Origin: Alphaproteobacteria bacterium
GTDB taxonomy: Bacteria; Pseudomonadota; Alphaproteobacteria; Rs-D84
Assembly: GCA_017631895.1 (NCBI GenBank)
Contig: JAGBSK010000003.1
Coordinates: forward strand, 1 to 59,849
Length of the DNA: 59,849 nucleotides
Direction: 5' to 3'
Shown here: in pieces, positions 8,671 to 17,833 of the stretch
Layout of the letters: each line of letters opens with the position of its first letter
How positions within the stretch are numbered: position 1 is the stretch's first letter
Program-made: the position numbers and the translations under genes
The notes under the pieces: generated by a model
Told to the model about the DNA's origin: nothing
Database searches by the model: none
The model's input: only the letters and a program-made list of their open reading frames with translations

Positions 8671-10671
8671 ATGAAAGCATATATTGATATTCATGATAAA
8701 CGTTGGGGACGGCAAAAAATCGATTTTGAAAAAATCGTAAATATGGTTGTTGGTGCCAAATATAAAAATGCCGAGGTGTCAATCATATTGACTGATGATG
8801 CGGAAATTCATGAAATCAACAGGACATATCGCAATATAGATAAACCAACGAATGTATTGTCTTTTGAATTGGGCGATGATGTTTTGTTGGGTGATATTTA
8901 TATATCGTACGATACAGTTAAAAAAGAAGCGCGCGAGCAGGGAATTTCGTTCCATGACCATGTGGCGCATATGGTTGTGCATGGTATGTTTCATCTGTTG
9001 GGGTATGACCATTTGACGGATGAAGAGGCGGTCTTGATGGAAATGCGAGAAATAAAGGTGCTGAAAAAAATGGGAATAAAAAATCCATATGTTGATGACG
9101 AGGTTGCTTCTTGTAAGGATGGAAGTTGTTGTCCGGGTGGTGGCATAATTCAATTTTTCAAGCGTTTCAAAATCCGCGAAAATGGTTTTTGGCAATACGC
9201 GCTGTACGCACTGTTTGGTGGGGTTGCAAGTTTTGGGTTCGCGCCGTTTTATCAATGGTGGTGGACAATTGCTGGCGTTATGGGGGCGTATTGGTTGACC
9301 GTTCGGAATCAAAATATCGGCGGATTTTGGAAATCATTATTGCGCGTGTCGCCATTTGGGGCGATGTATGCCGTGGCAAGTTTTTGGTGGGTTTTACATT
9401 CTATTTATGTGGTGCCTGAATTGGCACAACAGTTTGCTGTTTGGACAATCCCGGGTGTTGTTGGATTGGCGATTGCGGGTGCGTTGATATTTTCGTGGCC
9501 GTTTGTTGCGGTGGCGTGTCGGCGTATGAATGGGGCGGGGCGTGCGATATTGTTTGCATGTGTGTGGGTGTTGGTTTTGTGGACGCGTGAATGGATGTTC
9601 ACGGGGTTCCCATGGAATCCGATTGCAAATATTGCTATGCCTTGGACGCACCTTGCAAATTCTATGTCGCTGTGGGGTGCGATTGGTTTAACTTTTGTTT
9701 TAGTTGGATTTTGTGCCGCCTTGGTTGAAGTGTTGCGAAACAGAAAATGCAAGTCGTGTTGGATTGTTTGGTTGATGTTTTGTGCGCTGGGGATTTTTGG
9801 CTCGTTTGTGGGACGCGCAAATATGCAACGTGCGGATGTTGGGGCGGACGCGCCGGGACAAATGATACGCGTTGTGCAACCTGGGCATTCTCAGTTGCAA
9901 AAGGCAACGCACAGTCGTGCCGAGGCATTGCAACGCGCCGAATACAATTTGCAAAATCTGATGGTGTTGGCAATGCAATCTGGCAATCCTGATATTATTG
10001 TGTTGCCTGAAACCACTTATCCTTTTGCGGTAATGCCGAATGATGATTTTGAATTTGTGCGTATGCTGGGGCGACCCGTTATTATGGGGGCGAATACAAT
10101 TGGGAATTTTGGTGTTTCAAATTCTATGGTTGTTGTTGGGGCGGATGGCGCTATTCAAAAAATTTATAGTAAATCGCATCTGGTACCGTTTGGGGAATAT
10201 AGACCATTGGGGATTTTGCCCGCACCGGTTGATTTGGTGCCGGGTGGTGGGGCGGAAATAATTGAGGTTGGTGATTTTAAGTTTGCGCCCGCCATTTGTT
10301 ATGAAGTGATTTTTTCGGATTCGTTGTTGCCACGTCATGTTAATGACGTTGCCGCGATTGTTAATTTAACCAACGATAATTGGTTTGGAAATACGCCGGG
10401 AACGTATCAGCATTTGGATATGGTGCGTCGATATGCGATTGAATCTGGGTTGCCAATTGTGCGTGCAAATTATTCGGGTGTCAGTGCATTTGTTGGGGCG
10501 GATGGCGTAATTATTTCTTATTTGCCGGTGGGGGCGACGGGGGTGCTGGACGGATTTGTCTGGGGCGCGCATGAAACGCCATATCGCGCGATTGGACTGA
10601 ATGGGTGGATGATAATTATTTTGATTGTGTCAATTGTTGGAATTGGGATAATTGATAGAAAGAATAATTAA
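8671..10671 (+). CDS. ybeY-lnt: Fused YbeY endoribonuclease / apolipoprotein N-acyltransferase Lnt
   Basis: YRNIDKPTNVLSF and HGMFHLLGYDH (YbeY) in frame with TGFPWN, LPET, YSKSHLVPFGEY and ICYE (Lnt). Confidence 0.92.
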   Translation: MKAYIDIHDKRWGRQKIDFEKIVNMVVGAKYKNAEVSIILTDDAEIHEINRTYRNIDKPTNVLSFELGDDVLLGDIYISYDTVKKEAREQGISFHDHVAHMVVHGMFHLLGYDHLTDEEAVLMEMREIKVLKKMGIKNPYVDDEVASCKDGSCCPGGGIIQFFKRFKIRENGFWQYALYALFGGVASFGFAPFYQWWWTIAGVMGAYWLTVRNQNIGGFWKSLLRVSPFGAMYAVASFWWVLHSIYVVPELAQQFAVWTIPGVVGLAIAGALIFSWPFVAVACRRMNGAGRAILFACVWVLVLWTREWMFTGFPWNPIANIAMPWTHLANSMSLWGAIGLTFVLVGFCAALVEVLRNRKCKSCWIVWLMFCALGIFGSFVGRANMQRADVGADAPGQMIRVVQPGHSQLQKATHSRAEALQRAEYNLQNLMVLAMQSGNPDIIVLPETTYPFAVMPNDDFEFVRMLGRPVIMGANTIGNFGVSNSMVVVGADGAIQKIYSKSHLVPFGEYRPLGILPAPVDLVPGGGAEIIEVGDFKFAPAICYEVIFSDSLLPRHVNDVAAIVNLTNDNWFGNTPGTYQHLDMVRRYAIESGLPIVRANYSGVSAFVGADGVIISYLPVGATGVLDGFVWGAHETPYRAIGLNGWMIIILIVSIVGIGIIDRKNN

Positions 10672-10886
10672 TTGTCGCCCAGGCGTAAAATCATCTGATT
10701 TAATACCCAAACGCGGACCGCAGATGATAAATTTATATCGGGGGTGCGTGCGCCGTCAATTTCATTTATGATTTGGGCGACCGGTTTGCCGTGGCGTACC
10801 GCCAATGCATGCAGGGCGTCAATAAATTCAGGTTCCAATGTGATACTGGTTTGATGACCCGATAAAGAAACTGATAATTTTTTCAT
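10668..10886 (-). CDS. Ribbon-helix-helix DNA-binding protein (RHH_4-like)
   Basis: SVSLSGHQTSITLEPEF...NLSSAVRVWVL. Confidence 0.85.
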   Translation of the reverse strand: MKKLSVSLSGHQTSITLEPEFIDALHALAVRHGKPVAQIINEIDGARTPDINLSSAVRVWVLNQMILRLGDN

Positions 10887-10890
10887 GTTT

Positions 10891-11325
10891 TTATATTTTG
10901 CCCCCCATTAAGCAATCTATTAAAGCGCGGTGTGGGTCATCATAGCGACGCAGGGGGGATAATGTCAAGTTGTCCAACATATAGCAAACGCCAAATGCGT
11001 CAAATGCAAACCAGAATAAATCGTTGCGACCGAATATAGTTTTGCCAACTGTTTGGGGTATGTTGGAAAAATCTTCGTTTGTTTTTATAATTGTTGGTAC
11101 GGGGAACCGCAGTCCCTGGGGGATTTCGTTTGGTCCAAATATGTAGCCGTTGCCCAAAATTATGCCGCCCGTTTTGGTGTAAAGGTCAGATATAAATGCA
11201 GGCAACATCGCGCGACGACGTTGCTGTAATGCGGTGTTCGTTAATGCAATTTGGTTTGGTGCAATCGGGGTGGCAAGGTATGCCCCGCGGGATTTTATAT
11301 ATGATAAAAATTCGTCGTTTGTCAT
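10891..11325 (-). CDS. SMI1/KNR4 (SUKH)-like protein
   Basis: LPAFISDLYTKTGG motif followed by IFG and aromatic beta-strands. Confidence 0.5.
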   Translation of the reverse strand: MTNDEFLSYIKSRGAYLATPIAPNQIALTNTALQQRRRAMLPAFISDLYTKTGGIILGNGYIFGPNEIPQGLRFPVPTIIKTNEDFSNIPQTVGKTIFGRNDLFWFAFDAFGVCYMLDNLTLSPLRRYDDPHRALIDCLMGGKI

Positions 11326-11342
11326 ATCGTTTTCCCCCGGAT

Positions 11343-11846
11343 TTAGATGTCGCGTTCCGCCGCAATTTGTGCACTAATTTGTGCCAATCTGTCTTCGGTT
11401 GCGTTACCACCATCGCCACCACCGGTTGTGTGCGCCGGCAGGTAAATCTTTTTCGCGGGATTTGGCATCCATATGGTTTGTGCGCCAGATTGGGATATTA
11501 TGAATCGATCCATGTTGTATGAGTGTGGAAATGTCCAGCACATGAATAAATTGTCTATTTCCAGTTTCCCGCCCCATACCAATGGTATGCGAAAACGAAA
11601 CGAGATGTTTTGTGGCACGCCACGCCCCATGATGATGTTCATGAATTCGTCTTGCGATAGATTCATAAAGGCCAATGTTTCAGCAGAATCTGTTAGTGAT
11701 GCCATAAATTCGTGGCATAGTTGTTTATATTTGGAAAACCAATCGGGTGCAACCGCAGTTGGCGTTGGTCGAATTTCAACCAGGGGTAGGTCTGACATAC
11801 CCATATCTGAAATTAATTTTTCTGCGGTGCCTGCGTTCAGTTGCAT
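11343..11846 (-). CDS. Hypothetical protein with degenerate HNH-like motif
   Basis: RFRIPLVWGGKLEIDNLFMCWTFPH resembles HxxPLxxGGxxxxxNL..H. Confidence 0.6.
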   Translation of the reverse strand: MQLNAGTAEKLISDMGMSDLPLVEIRPTPTAVAPDWFSKYKQLCHEFMASLTDSAETLAFMNLSQDEFMNIIMGRGVPQNISFRFRIPLVWGGKLEIDNLFMCWTFPHSYNMDRFIISQSGAQTIWMPNPAKKIYLPAHTTGGGDGGNATEDRLAQISAQIAAERDI

Positions 11847-12715
11847 TAAATTTTACCCAAGTAATCAATTACTGTTGATATATAGGCAGAAAATGCTTCA
11901 AAGTTTTCATTGTCATCTTCGCCCAGTGGTGGATTCTTGTGTTCGTTCATATATTGGCGCAAGGCGTCGATGTTGTCAAATGTTAATATGTCTGGTGCGC
12001 CAGGGGCGTTGGCATCTGGTGCCGAGATAATAAAGCCGTCTACGTTTATAATTATGTCATCCAGTGTGTCGGAAAATATCTGATTTACCGTATCGATTGC
12101 ACGTTGCAGGGCGGTGGTCGGAATGCCAACGGCGCCAATCCATAAAACCTCGTTCGTGCCGATTGCAAACAGTTCGGTTTGTACCGTGCCAATACGTGGG
12201 TTGTTTTTGACCGTATAACCGGCACCTTCAAAAATTTCACGCAGTTCGGATGCCATGGATGGTGTTTGAATTGGTTGTTGTGGTAATGGCACATTGTGCA
12301 ATTGTGGGGTAACGGCAATATTTAATCGTGGTGGACGTGTTAGCATTGGTTCCGTTGCCACGGGTGTGGGTGTTGCCGTTGGTGTTTGTGTTGGGGCGGG
12401 TTGTGGTGCACTTGGTTGCGTTTGAATGTTTTGTACGGGTTTGGACACGTCGCGAACAGGAATTTTGAATTTTCTGAAACGCGGGCGCACCAGCAGATAC
12501 AGCCCACAAATAATCACAACCACTGATATGACCATTGAAATATAGAAAGCGGGACTGACCGGGTTTTGGGACGCCTGCATATATGCCAGGTGGTGCCAGT
12601 GGGCAGATGAAAATATGTTAAACCCAAAGCGAATGTTAAACCAAAAGCATACCCCCAGTGTTGATGCCAGTAGCCACAGGGTTGCAAGTAAAAAGTTGTC
12701 TAATTTATCCCTCAT
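11846..12715 (-). CDS. Membrane protein with Pro/Thr linker and a C-terminal domain resembling the restriction-endonuclease fold
   Basis: Two TM helices; PQPAPTQTPTATPTP linker; LREIFEGAGYTV...ELFAIG..VLWIG. Confidence 0.65.
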   Translation of the reverse strand: MRDKLDNFLLATLWLLASTLGVCFWFNIRFGFNIFSSAHWHHLAYMQASQNPVSPAFYISMVISVVVIICGLYLLVRPRFRKFKIPVRDVSKPVQNIQTQPSAPQPAPTQTPTATPTPVATEPMLTRPPRLNIAVTPQLHNVPLPQQPIQTPSMASELREIFEGAGYTVKNNPRIGTVQTELFAIGTNEVLWIGAVGIPTTALQRAIDTVNQIFSDTLDDIIINVDGFIISAPDANAPGAPDILTFDNIDALRQYMNEHKNPPLGEDDNENFEAFSAYISTVIDYLGKI

Positions 12716-12759
12716 AACGTTTTTAATTGTATCATATTTATGATAAACTAAAAAGTGTT

Positions 12760-13434
12760 ATGATTGATAAAAGTGTGATTTTTGATTTGGTTGGAACAAA
12801 AGCGGGACTGTGGTGTGGGGCAGATATGGACGCCACAGATTTGGCGGATGCGGTGCATGTTGCTGATGTACAAAAATTGTCGGTTGTTTCTGTCGCGCCA
12901 AACATGGTGCAGACCGTGTGGCCCTGGGTCGAGGGTAATAATATTAAAATAATGTCGCGATTTTATTTTGGTGGTAAGAAAATTACAGAAGAACAAATTT
13001 CTGATATCACGGTGCGGATTAATACAAGTTTGCGCCAGGGTGCAAATGGCGCCCAGATATTCTTATCTTATAATGCGTTGGCTGGATTGGTTGAACAGAC
13101 GCATGTTGTGCGTGATGATTTATTCTTTAACAAAGATTTGGCAATTGGAATGGATATAAATGAAATTGGTCCGTTTGATTGGGGGGATGTGTTCGAAAAT
13201 TTGCGAAAAATAAATGCTTCGTCTGTGATATTTGTATTCGCACGTGATGCGGGTGATAAATCAGATTTTGTTGGGCGGTTGTATGGCATGCTGAATGCGT
13301 GGGACGCGGCAAATAAATTCAGTCTGCAATTTGCATTCGGTCCAAATTTAGTGCGTATGGAACAAACTATGCGTTTGGTGCGACAGATGCGGCCCGATTT
13401 AATGACAGGATTGCGGTTTTGGGTTAATTTTTAA
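12760..13434 (+). CDS. Hypothetical protein, possibly a DeoC/aldolase-like TIM barrel
   Basis: Alternating beta/alpha pattern; VVSVAPNMV and SLRQGANGAQIF resemble DeoC motifs. Confidence 0.55.
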   Translation: MIDKSVIFDLVGTKAGLWCGADMDATDLADAVHVADVQKLSVVSVAPNMVQTVWPWVEGNNIKIMSRFYFGGKKITEEQISDITVRINTSLRQGANGAQIFLSYNALAGLVEQTHVVRDDLFFNKDLAIGMDINEIGPFDWGDVFENLRKINASSVIFVFARDAGDKSDFVGRLYGMLNAWDAANKFSLQFAFGPNLVRMEQTMRLVRQMRPDLMTGLRFWVNF

Positions 13435-14044
13435 GTATCAGGTATTTTGGTGCGTCTGTGCCGGCCTTGTTTTTATGCTGGTACCGGGTTTGAATTATTT
13501 CCATGTCTGGGATTGTGGCGGTTAAATCTGTCGATTTAATCTGTTCGCAAATCCAATCAAAATATTCCCAATGGTCGGTGCCGATAATAATTTCGCCGTC
13601 GGGGGTTAAATATTTTGATAATGTATTCAAAAATTCCGCAGATAACAGGCGACGTTTTTCATGTCGGGCCTTGGGCCAGGGGTCGGGGTGTAATACCCAG
13701 ATTTGTTCAAATTTAGAACGGGTTTTGCGCAGAAAATCACGTACGTCGTCCGCCCAGATTCGAATGCCACGATATTCGTCCAGAACCCGATTCGTTTGTT
13801 CGTTCGTTATTGCGGACAATAAACTTGCCACCCCATTCATAAAAGGTTCGGCGCCGATAATGATTTTGTCTGGGTTCGTGCGTGCCAGGTCGCGTACGTG
13901 TTCACCCGCGCCAAAGCCGATTTCCAAAATGTCGCCGTGTGTTGGTTTTAATGTTGGCAACAGTTCATCAATCAATGTCTGTTGACGGGCAGATAATTTT
14001 TTGCCGTGGCGGCGACCAAATGTTCTTATTTCTTGTTTTTCCAT
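13424..14044 (-). CDS. trmB: tRNA (guanine-N7)-methyltransferase
   Basis: LEIGFGAGEH, GAEPFMNG, HPDPWPKARHEKRRL, GTD. Confidence 0.95.
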   Translation of the reverse strand: MEKQEIRTFGRRHGKKLSARQQTLIDELLPTLKPTHGDILEIGFGAGEHVRDLARTNPDKIIIGAEPFMNGVASLLSAITNEQTNRVLDEYRGIRIWADDVRDFLRKTRSKFEQIWVLHPDPWPKARHEKRRLLSAEFLNTLSKYLTPDGEIIIGTDHWEYFDWICEQIKSTDLTATIPDMEIIQTRYQHKNKAGTDAPKYLILKN

Positions 14045-14092
14045 GTTTTTAGTATAGAATTGAGTTTTATAAAACACAAGGAATATATAGAT

Positions 14093-14659
14093 ATGGCTGA
14101 GTATCCCAGAGAAATAAGTGTCAAAAAACCAAATTTTTCTTTGCGTAAACCAGAACTTGGTTTTTCTGTGGCGCGTGATTTGTTTTTGGCTGTGGACAAG
14201 AATCGTAATTTCTTTCGCCCGTGGTTGGGTTGGGTGGATTTTGTAAAAAGTCCCGAAGATGAATTTGAAGTGGCAAAATCTGTGGCGCAAAATGATACGT
14301 GTAAGTATTTTGTTTACTGGTATATGTGTTTGGTTGGTATGGTCGGGGTTGTGCGTGAAGATAAGTCCAGTCGTACGATGGAGGTCGGGTACTGGCTGGG
14401 GCAAGATGTGAATGGTAATGGTGTTATGACCCAGGCGGTAGAGCAGGTTCAGAATTTGTGCTTTGAACGTGGTGGCGCCAATCGGGTTGAAATTCGTTGT
14501 GCGACAGAAAATAAAAAATCACGTGCAATACCGGAAAGATTAAATTTTAAATTGGATGGTGTTTTACGTCAGGCGGAAATTTTACCAAGCGGTATAATTC
14601 ATGATGTCGCAGTGTATTCAAAATTAAAATCAGAATGGGAAAAGGGAAAACAAAAATGA
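14093..14659 (+). CDS. RimJ/RimL family GNAT N-acetyltransferase
   Basis: EVGYWLG...GNGVMT; NKKSRAIPERLNFKLDGVLRQ. Confidence 0.88.
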   Translation: MAEYPREISVKKPNFSLRKPELGFSVARDLFLAVDKNRNFFRPWLGWVDFVKSPEDEFEVAKSVAQNDTCKYFVYWYMCLVGMVGVVREDKSSRTMEVGYWLGQDVNGNGVMTQAVEQVQNLCFERGGANRVEIRCATENKKSRAIPERLNFKLDGVLRQAEILPSGIIHDVAVYSKLKSEWEKGKQK

Positions 14660-16233
14660 GAAATGGTTTATCAAAGGATTTAATTGCACGCGTGTTGGGT
14701 GCGGCGCCAAAATATACATTGGCAGAATTGGAAGAAAAATTCCCAATGCGTAATTTGCCAGAGGGTGCAATGGTGACGCGTTTTGCCCCCAGTCCAACAG
14801 GCTATATGCATATCGGTGGTTTGTATGGTGCGTTGATAGACTGTAAATTAGCCCAGCAATCGGGTGGTGTGTTTATGTTGCGTATCGAAGATACAGACAC
14901 CAAGCGCGAGGTTGCAGATGCCGTTCAGATTATTAATGAATCTATGGACCGATTCGGTTTGAAATATAACAACGTTCCAGAATATGGGCCGTATTATCAA
15001 TCACAGCGCAAAGATATTTATCATAGTGTTGTCGCGCACTTGTTGGAAAATGGGTTGGCGTATCCGTGCTTTTTAAGTGCAACAGATATGGAAGAAATTC
15101 GCGAAAATCAAAAGGCGGCGGGTTTCCCAACCGGTATCTATGGTGAATTTGCGCGCGACAGAAATTTAACCGAAGAAGAAATTATTGCGAATCTTGATAA
15201 AGGTTTAGTGCCAACAATTCGTTTGTATTCAAATGGGAATCCTGAACAAAGAATTTTCTGTAAAGATGCGGTGCGTGGCTCAATCGGGTTCCCGGAAAAT
15301 AACGAAGATATAGTTCTTATCAAATCTAATGACGGTTTGCCAACATATCATTTTGCGCACTTGTGCGATGATCACTTTATGCGTACAACACATGTTATTC
15401 GTGGCGAAGAATGGTTGCCGTCGTTGCCTTTGCATGTGCAATTGTTCCGTATGATGGGGTGGAATGCGCCACTGTATATTCATACGTCAACCATTGATAA
15501 GATTGATGAAGAAACAGGTAAGCAACGCAAACTTTCCAAACGCAAAGACCCCGAGGCAAATGTTGCATTCTTTTTGCAGGCGGGTTGGCCGGTTGAATCT
15601 GTAATTGAATATTTGGGGAATATTGCAGCATCGGGTTATGAAGAAGCAAAAATGAAAGGGCAGGTTAAAACATTCTGGGATTATGAAATGCGTGCAAAAA
15701 AGATTCCTATGTCAGGTGCGTTGTTTGATATGAAAAAACTGGAATGGTGGGCCAAGGAATTTATTGGGGCGTTGCCTGTGCCGGAATTGGTTGCGCGCGT
15801 AACCCAATGGGCAAATGAATATGGGACAGACGTGAACAAAAAGCAGGTCGAAGATGTTGAATACTTGACCGGTGTGTTGGGAATTGAACGTGATAATCCA
15901 AAGCGTGTACGTAAAGATTTTATTACATGGTCCCAGACGTTGGAAAATGTTGCGTTTTTCTGGGATGAATTGTTCCAGGCTGACACAGAATATGAATTTA
16001 ATCGGGATGTTTTGCGTGCGTTCTTGGAAACGTATAGCGAATCGGATGACAAGGATACTTGGTGGGCAAAAATTGTTGCGGTTGCGGAATCATCAGGCGT
16101 TAAAAATGGCGATGTTGCGATGAATTTGCGTGTGGCTTTGTCGGGGCGTACAAATACGCCGGACCTGTATTCGATTATGTCGGTTATGGGTGGTGAACGC
16201 GTAATTAAACGAATCGAAGGGGCGATAAAATGA
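14656..16233 (+). CDS. gltX: Glutamate--tRNA ligase
   Basis: TRFAPSPTGYMHIGG, LRIEDTD, PTYHFAH..DDH, RGEEW, KLSKR. Confidence 0.96.
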   Translation: MRNGLSKDLIARVLGAAPKYTLAELEEKFPMRNLPEGAMVTRFAPSPTGYMHIGGLYGALIDCKLAQQSGGVFMLRIEDTDTKREVADAVQIINESMDRFGLKYNNVPEYGPYYQSQRKDIYHSVVAHLLENGLAYPCFLSATDMEEIRENQKAAGFPTGIYGEFARDRNLTEEEIIANLDKGLVPTIRLYSNGNPEQRIFCKDAVRGSIGFPENNEDIVLIKSNDGLPTYHFAHLCDDHFMRTTHVIRGEEWLPSLPLHVQLFRMMGWNAPLYIHTSTIDKIDEETGKQRKLSKRKDPEANVAFFLQAGWPVESVIEYLGNIAASGYEEAKMKGQVKTFWDYEMRAKKIPMSGALFDMKKLEWWAKEFIGALPVPELVARVTQWANEYGTDVNKKQVEDVEYLTGVLGIERDNPKRVRKDFITWSQTLENVAFFWDELFQADTEYEFNRDVLRAFLETYSESDDKDTWWAKIVAVAESSGVKNGDVAMNLRVALSGRTNTPDLYSIMSVMGGERVIKRIEGAIK

Positions 16234-16967
16234 CAAAACAGAAGCGGGCGCGGGTCCGCGCGGTAAAAAAAGATGAACATGCGTCGAAATTATTAAAAGT
16301 TCTGCGTGCGACGGGGTTGTTCCGCTGGGAAAAACCGTCAACGCATGCCGAAGAGGTTGTAAATATTTTGACACATGGTATTGGTATTGGATTGGCGGTT
16401 GCGGCATTGACGCTGTTGGTTGTGTTCGCAGGGATGCGCGGCGATGCGTGGGCGATTGTGTCGTGTGCGATTTTTGGTATCACAATGATAACGCTGTATT
16501 TTGGTTCAACAATGTGCCATGCAACAATTGGTAAAAAGCATGAATGTTTTTTCGAAGTGTGGGACAGCGTTGCGATTTATGCGTTGATTGCGGGGACATA
16601 TACGCCGTTTTTGTAGGTAAATTTGCGCGGATTTATTGGCTGGACTGTGTTTGCGATTCTGTGGGGAATTGTATTGTTTGGGTCGTACATGAAGATTAAA
16701 AATCCACTTCAACAGCCAAAATGGATGGTTGCGTTGTTTGTTGCGATGGGGAGGACGATATTGTTCATTCTGCCCGCGATGATTCGCAGTATTCCGACGC
16801 GCGGTTTGTGGTTTATTTTGGCGGGTGGATTGGCATACACGATTGGGGTTATATTCTATTTGTGGCGGAAAATGAAATTCTCGCACGCGGTATGGCATCT
16901 ATTCGTAATTGGGGGTAGCGTGTGCTTCTTCTTTGCCGTTTTGTTTGGTTGTATTTTTGACTTATAA
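16230..16967 (+). pseudogene. Hemolysin III / PAQR family membrane protein interrupted by an in-frame TAG (16614-16616)
   Basis: EE..N.LTHG, D..AIY.LIAGTYTPF before the stop; same frame continues with GGLAYTIG and HAVWHLFV. Confidence 0.8.
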
Positions 16968-16969
16968 AT

Positions 16970-17000
16970 AAAAATCCCACCGCTTGGTGGGATTTTTTTT
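16970..17000. terminator. Bidirectional intrinsic terminator
   Basis: AAAAATCCCACC-GCTT-GGTGGGATTTTT between convergent genes. Confidence 0.85.
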
Positions 17001-17002
17001 GT

Positions 17003-17437
17003 TTAGCCTTTGCGGGCCTCGTATTCTTCTTGTTCTTCGACCGTCATGGTGGCAAGTGGACGCGCCATCATACGTCCGATCCCAATTTCTTCGCCAGATA
17101 CAACGCTGAAACCATATGTGCCGTTTTCGATTCTCTCAAGGGCCGCATTAACCTTTTGCAACAGTTTGTTGTTGCGGTCAGACATGCGCAGGTCCATTGT
17201 GATGTCCTGGTTGTATGTTGCGTTATCCGATTCGTCACCGACGCCAACAGCCTCGGTCTTGTCAGCCAGGCGAATCGCATTCAGTACAGAATCGCTGTTG
17301 CTTTGTAATTCTTCGCGTTGGGCATTTAATATACGATAGAAATATGCCAATTGGTCGGGGCACATATACGGTTCCGATTTTTTTGGCTTGTAATTTGCAG
17401 GCAGTTCCAACGTCTTGTAATCTTCTGTGTTTGCCAT
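17003..17437 (-). CDS. dksA: DksA/TraR family RNA polymerase-binding protein
   Basis: YM...QL.YF, DESD coiled-coil tip, AL.RI..GTYG...GEEIG..RM.ARP.AT. Confidence 0.88.
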   Translation of the reverse strand: MANTEDYKTLELPANYKPKKSEPYMCPDQLAYFYRILNAQREELQSNSDSVLNAIRLADKTEAVGVGDESDNATYNQDITMDLRMSDRNNKLLQKVNAALERIENGTYGFSVVSGEEIGIGRMMARPLATMTVEEQEEYEARKG

Positions 17438-17441
17438 TTTG

Positions 17442-17759
17442 TTATCCCTTTAATTCTTGTATCCACGAAAGTACTGTTTCTTCGTCCATCAGACCGGTGC
17501 GTGCCTCGACCAATTCACCGTTCTTGAATGCCAAGACGGATGGAATGCTGCGAATGCCATATTTCGCAGGGGTACGTCGATTCGCTTCGTCAATTTCGAA
17601 TTTTACAAATTTAGCGTCAGATGTTTTTTCAGATGCAGATTCAAAAATTGGTCCAAACATACGACATGGACCGCACCATGATGCCCAAAAATCAACCAAT
17701 GTGATACCGTCGCCAATAAATGTATCAATTGTCGCATCGTTTGCGTGTGTGATTGCCAT
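17442..17759 (-). CDS. trxA: Thioredoxin
   Basis: VDFWASWCGPC, YGIRSIP; AAAGGAG SD. Confidence 0.95.
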   Translation of the reverse strand: MAITHANDATIDTFIGDGITLVDFWASWCGPCRMFGPIFESASEKTSDAKFVKFEIDEANRRTPAKYGIRSIPSVLAFKNGELVEARTGLMDEETVLSWIQELKG

Positions 17760-17833
17760 GTTTTTCTCCTTTCTGTTATTGATATTCGGCGGAATTGTAT
17801 TATAATCCACCCAAAATGCAAGAGAAATCATAA

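Noticed and set aside
14045-14404. N-terminal extension of trmB
   Set aside because: It overlaps the divergent GNAT gene; TrmB similarity starts at MEKQEIRTFGR.
16614-16616. TAG reassignment or pyrrolysine read-through
   Set aside because: TAG is a normal stop in other genes of the window, and no pyl genes or suppressor tRNA are seen.
17003-17437. Cys-free DksA as a novelty
   Set aside because: Zinc-independent DksA proteins are already known, including in Alphaproteobacteria.
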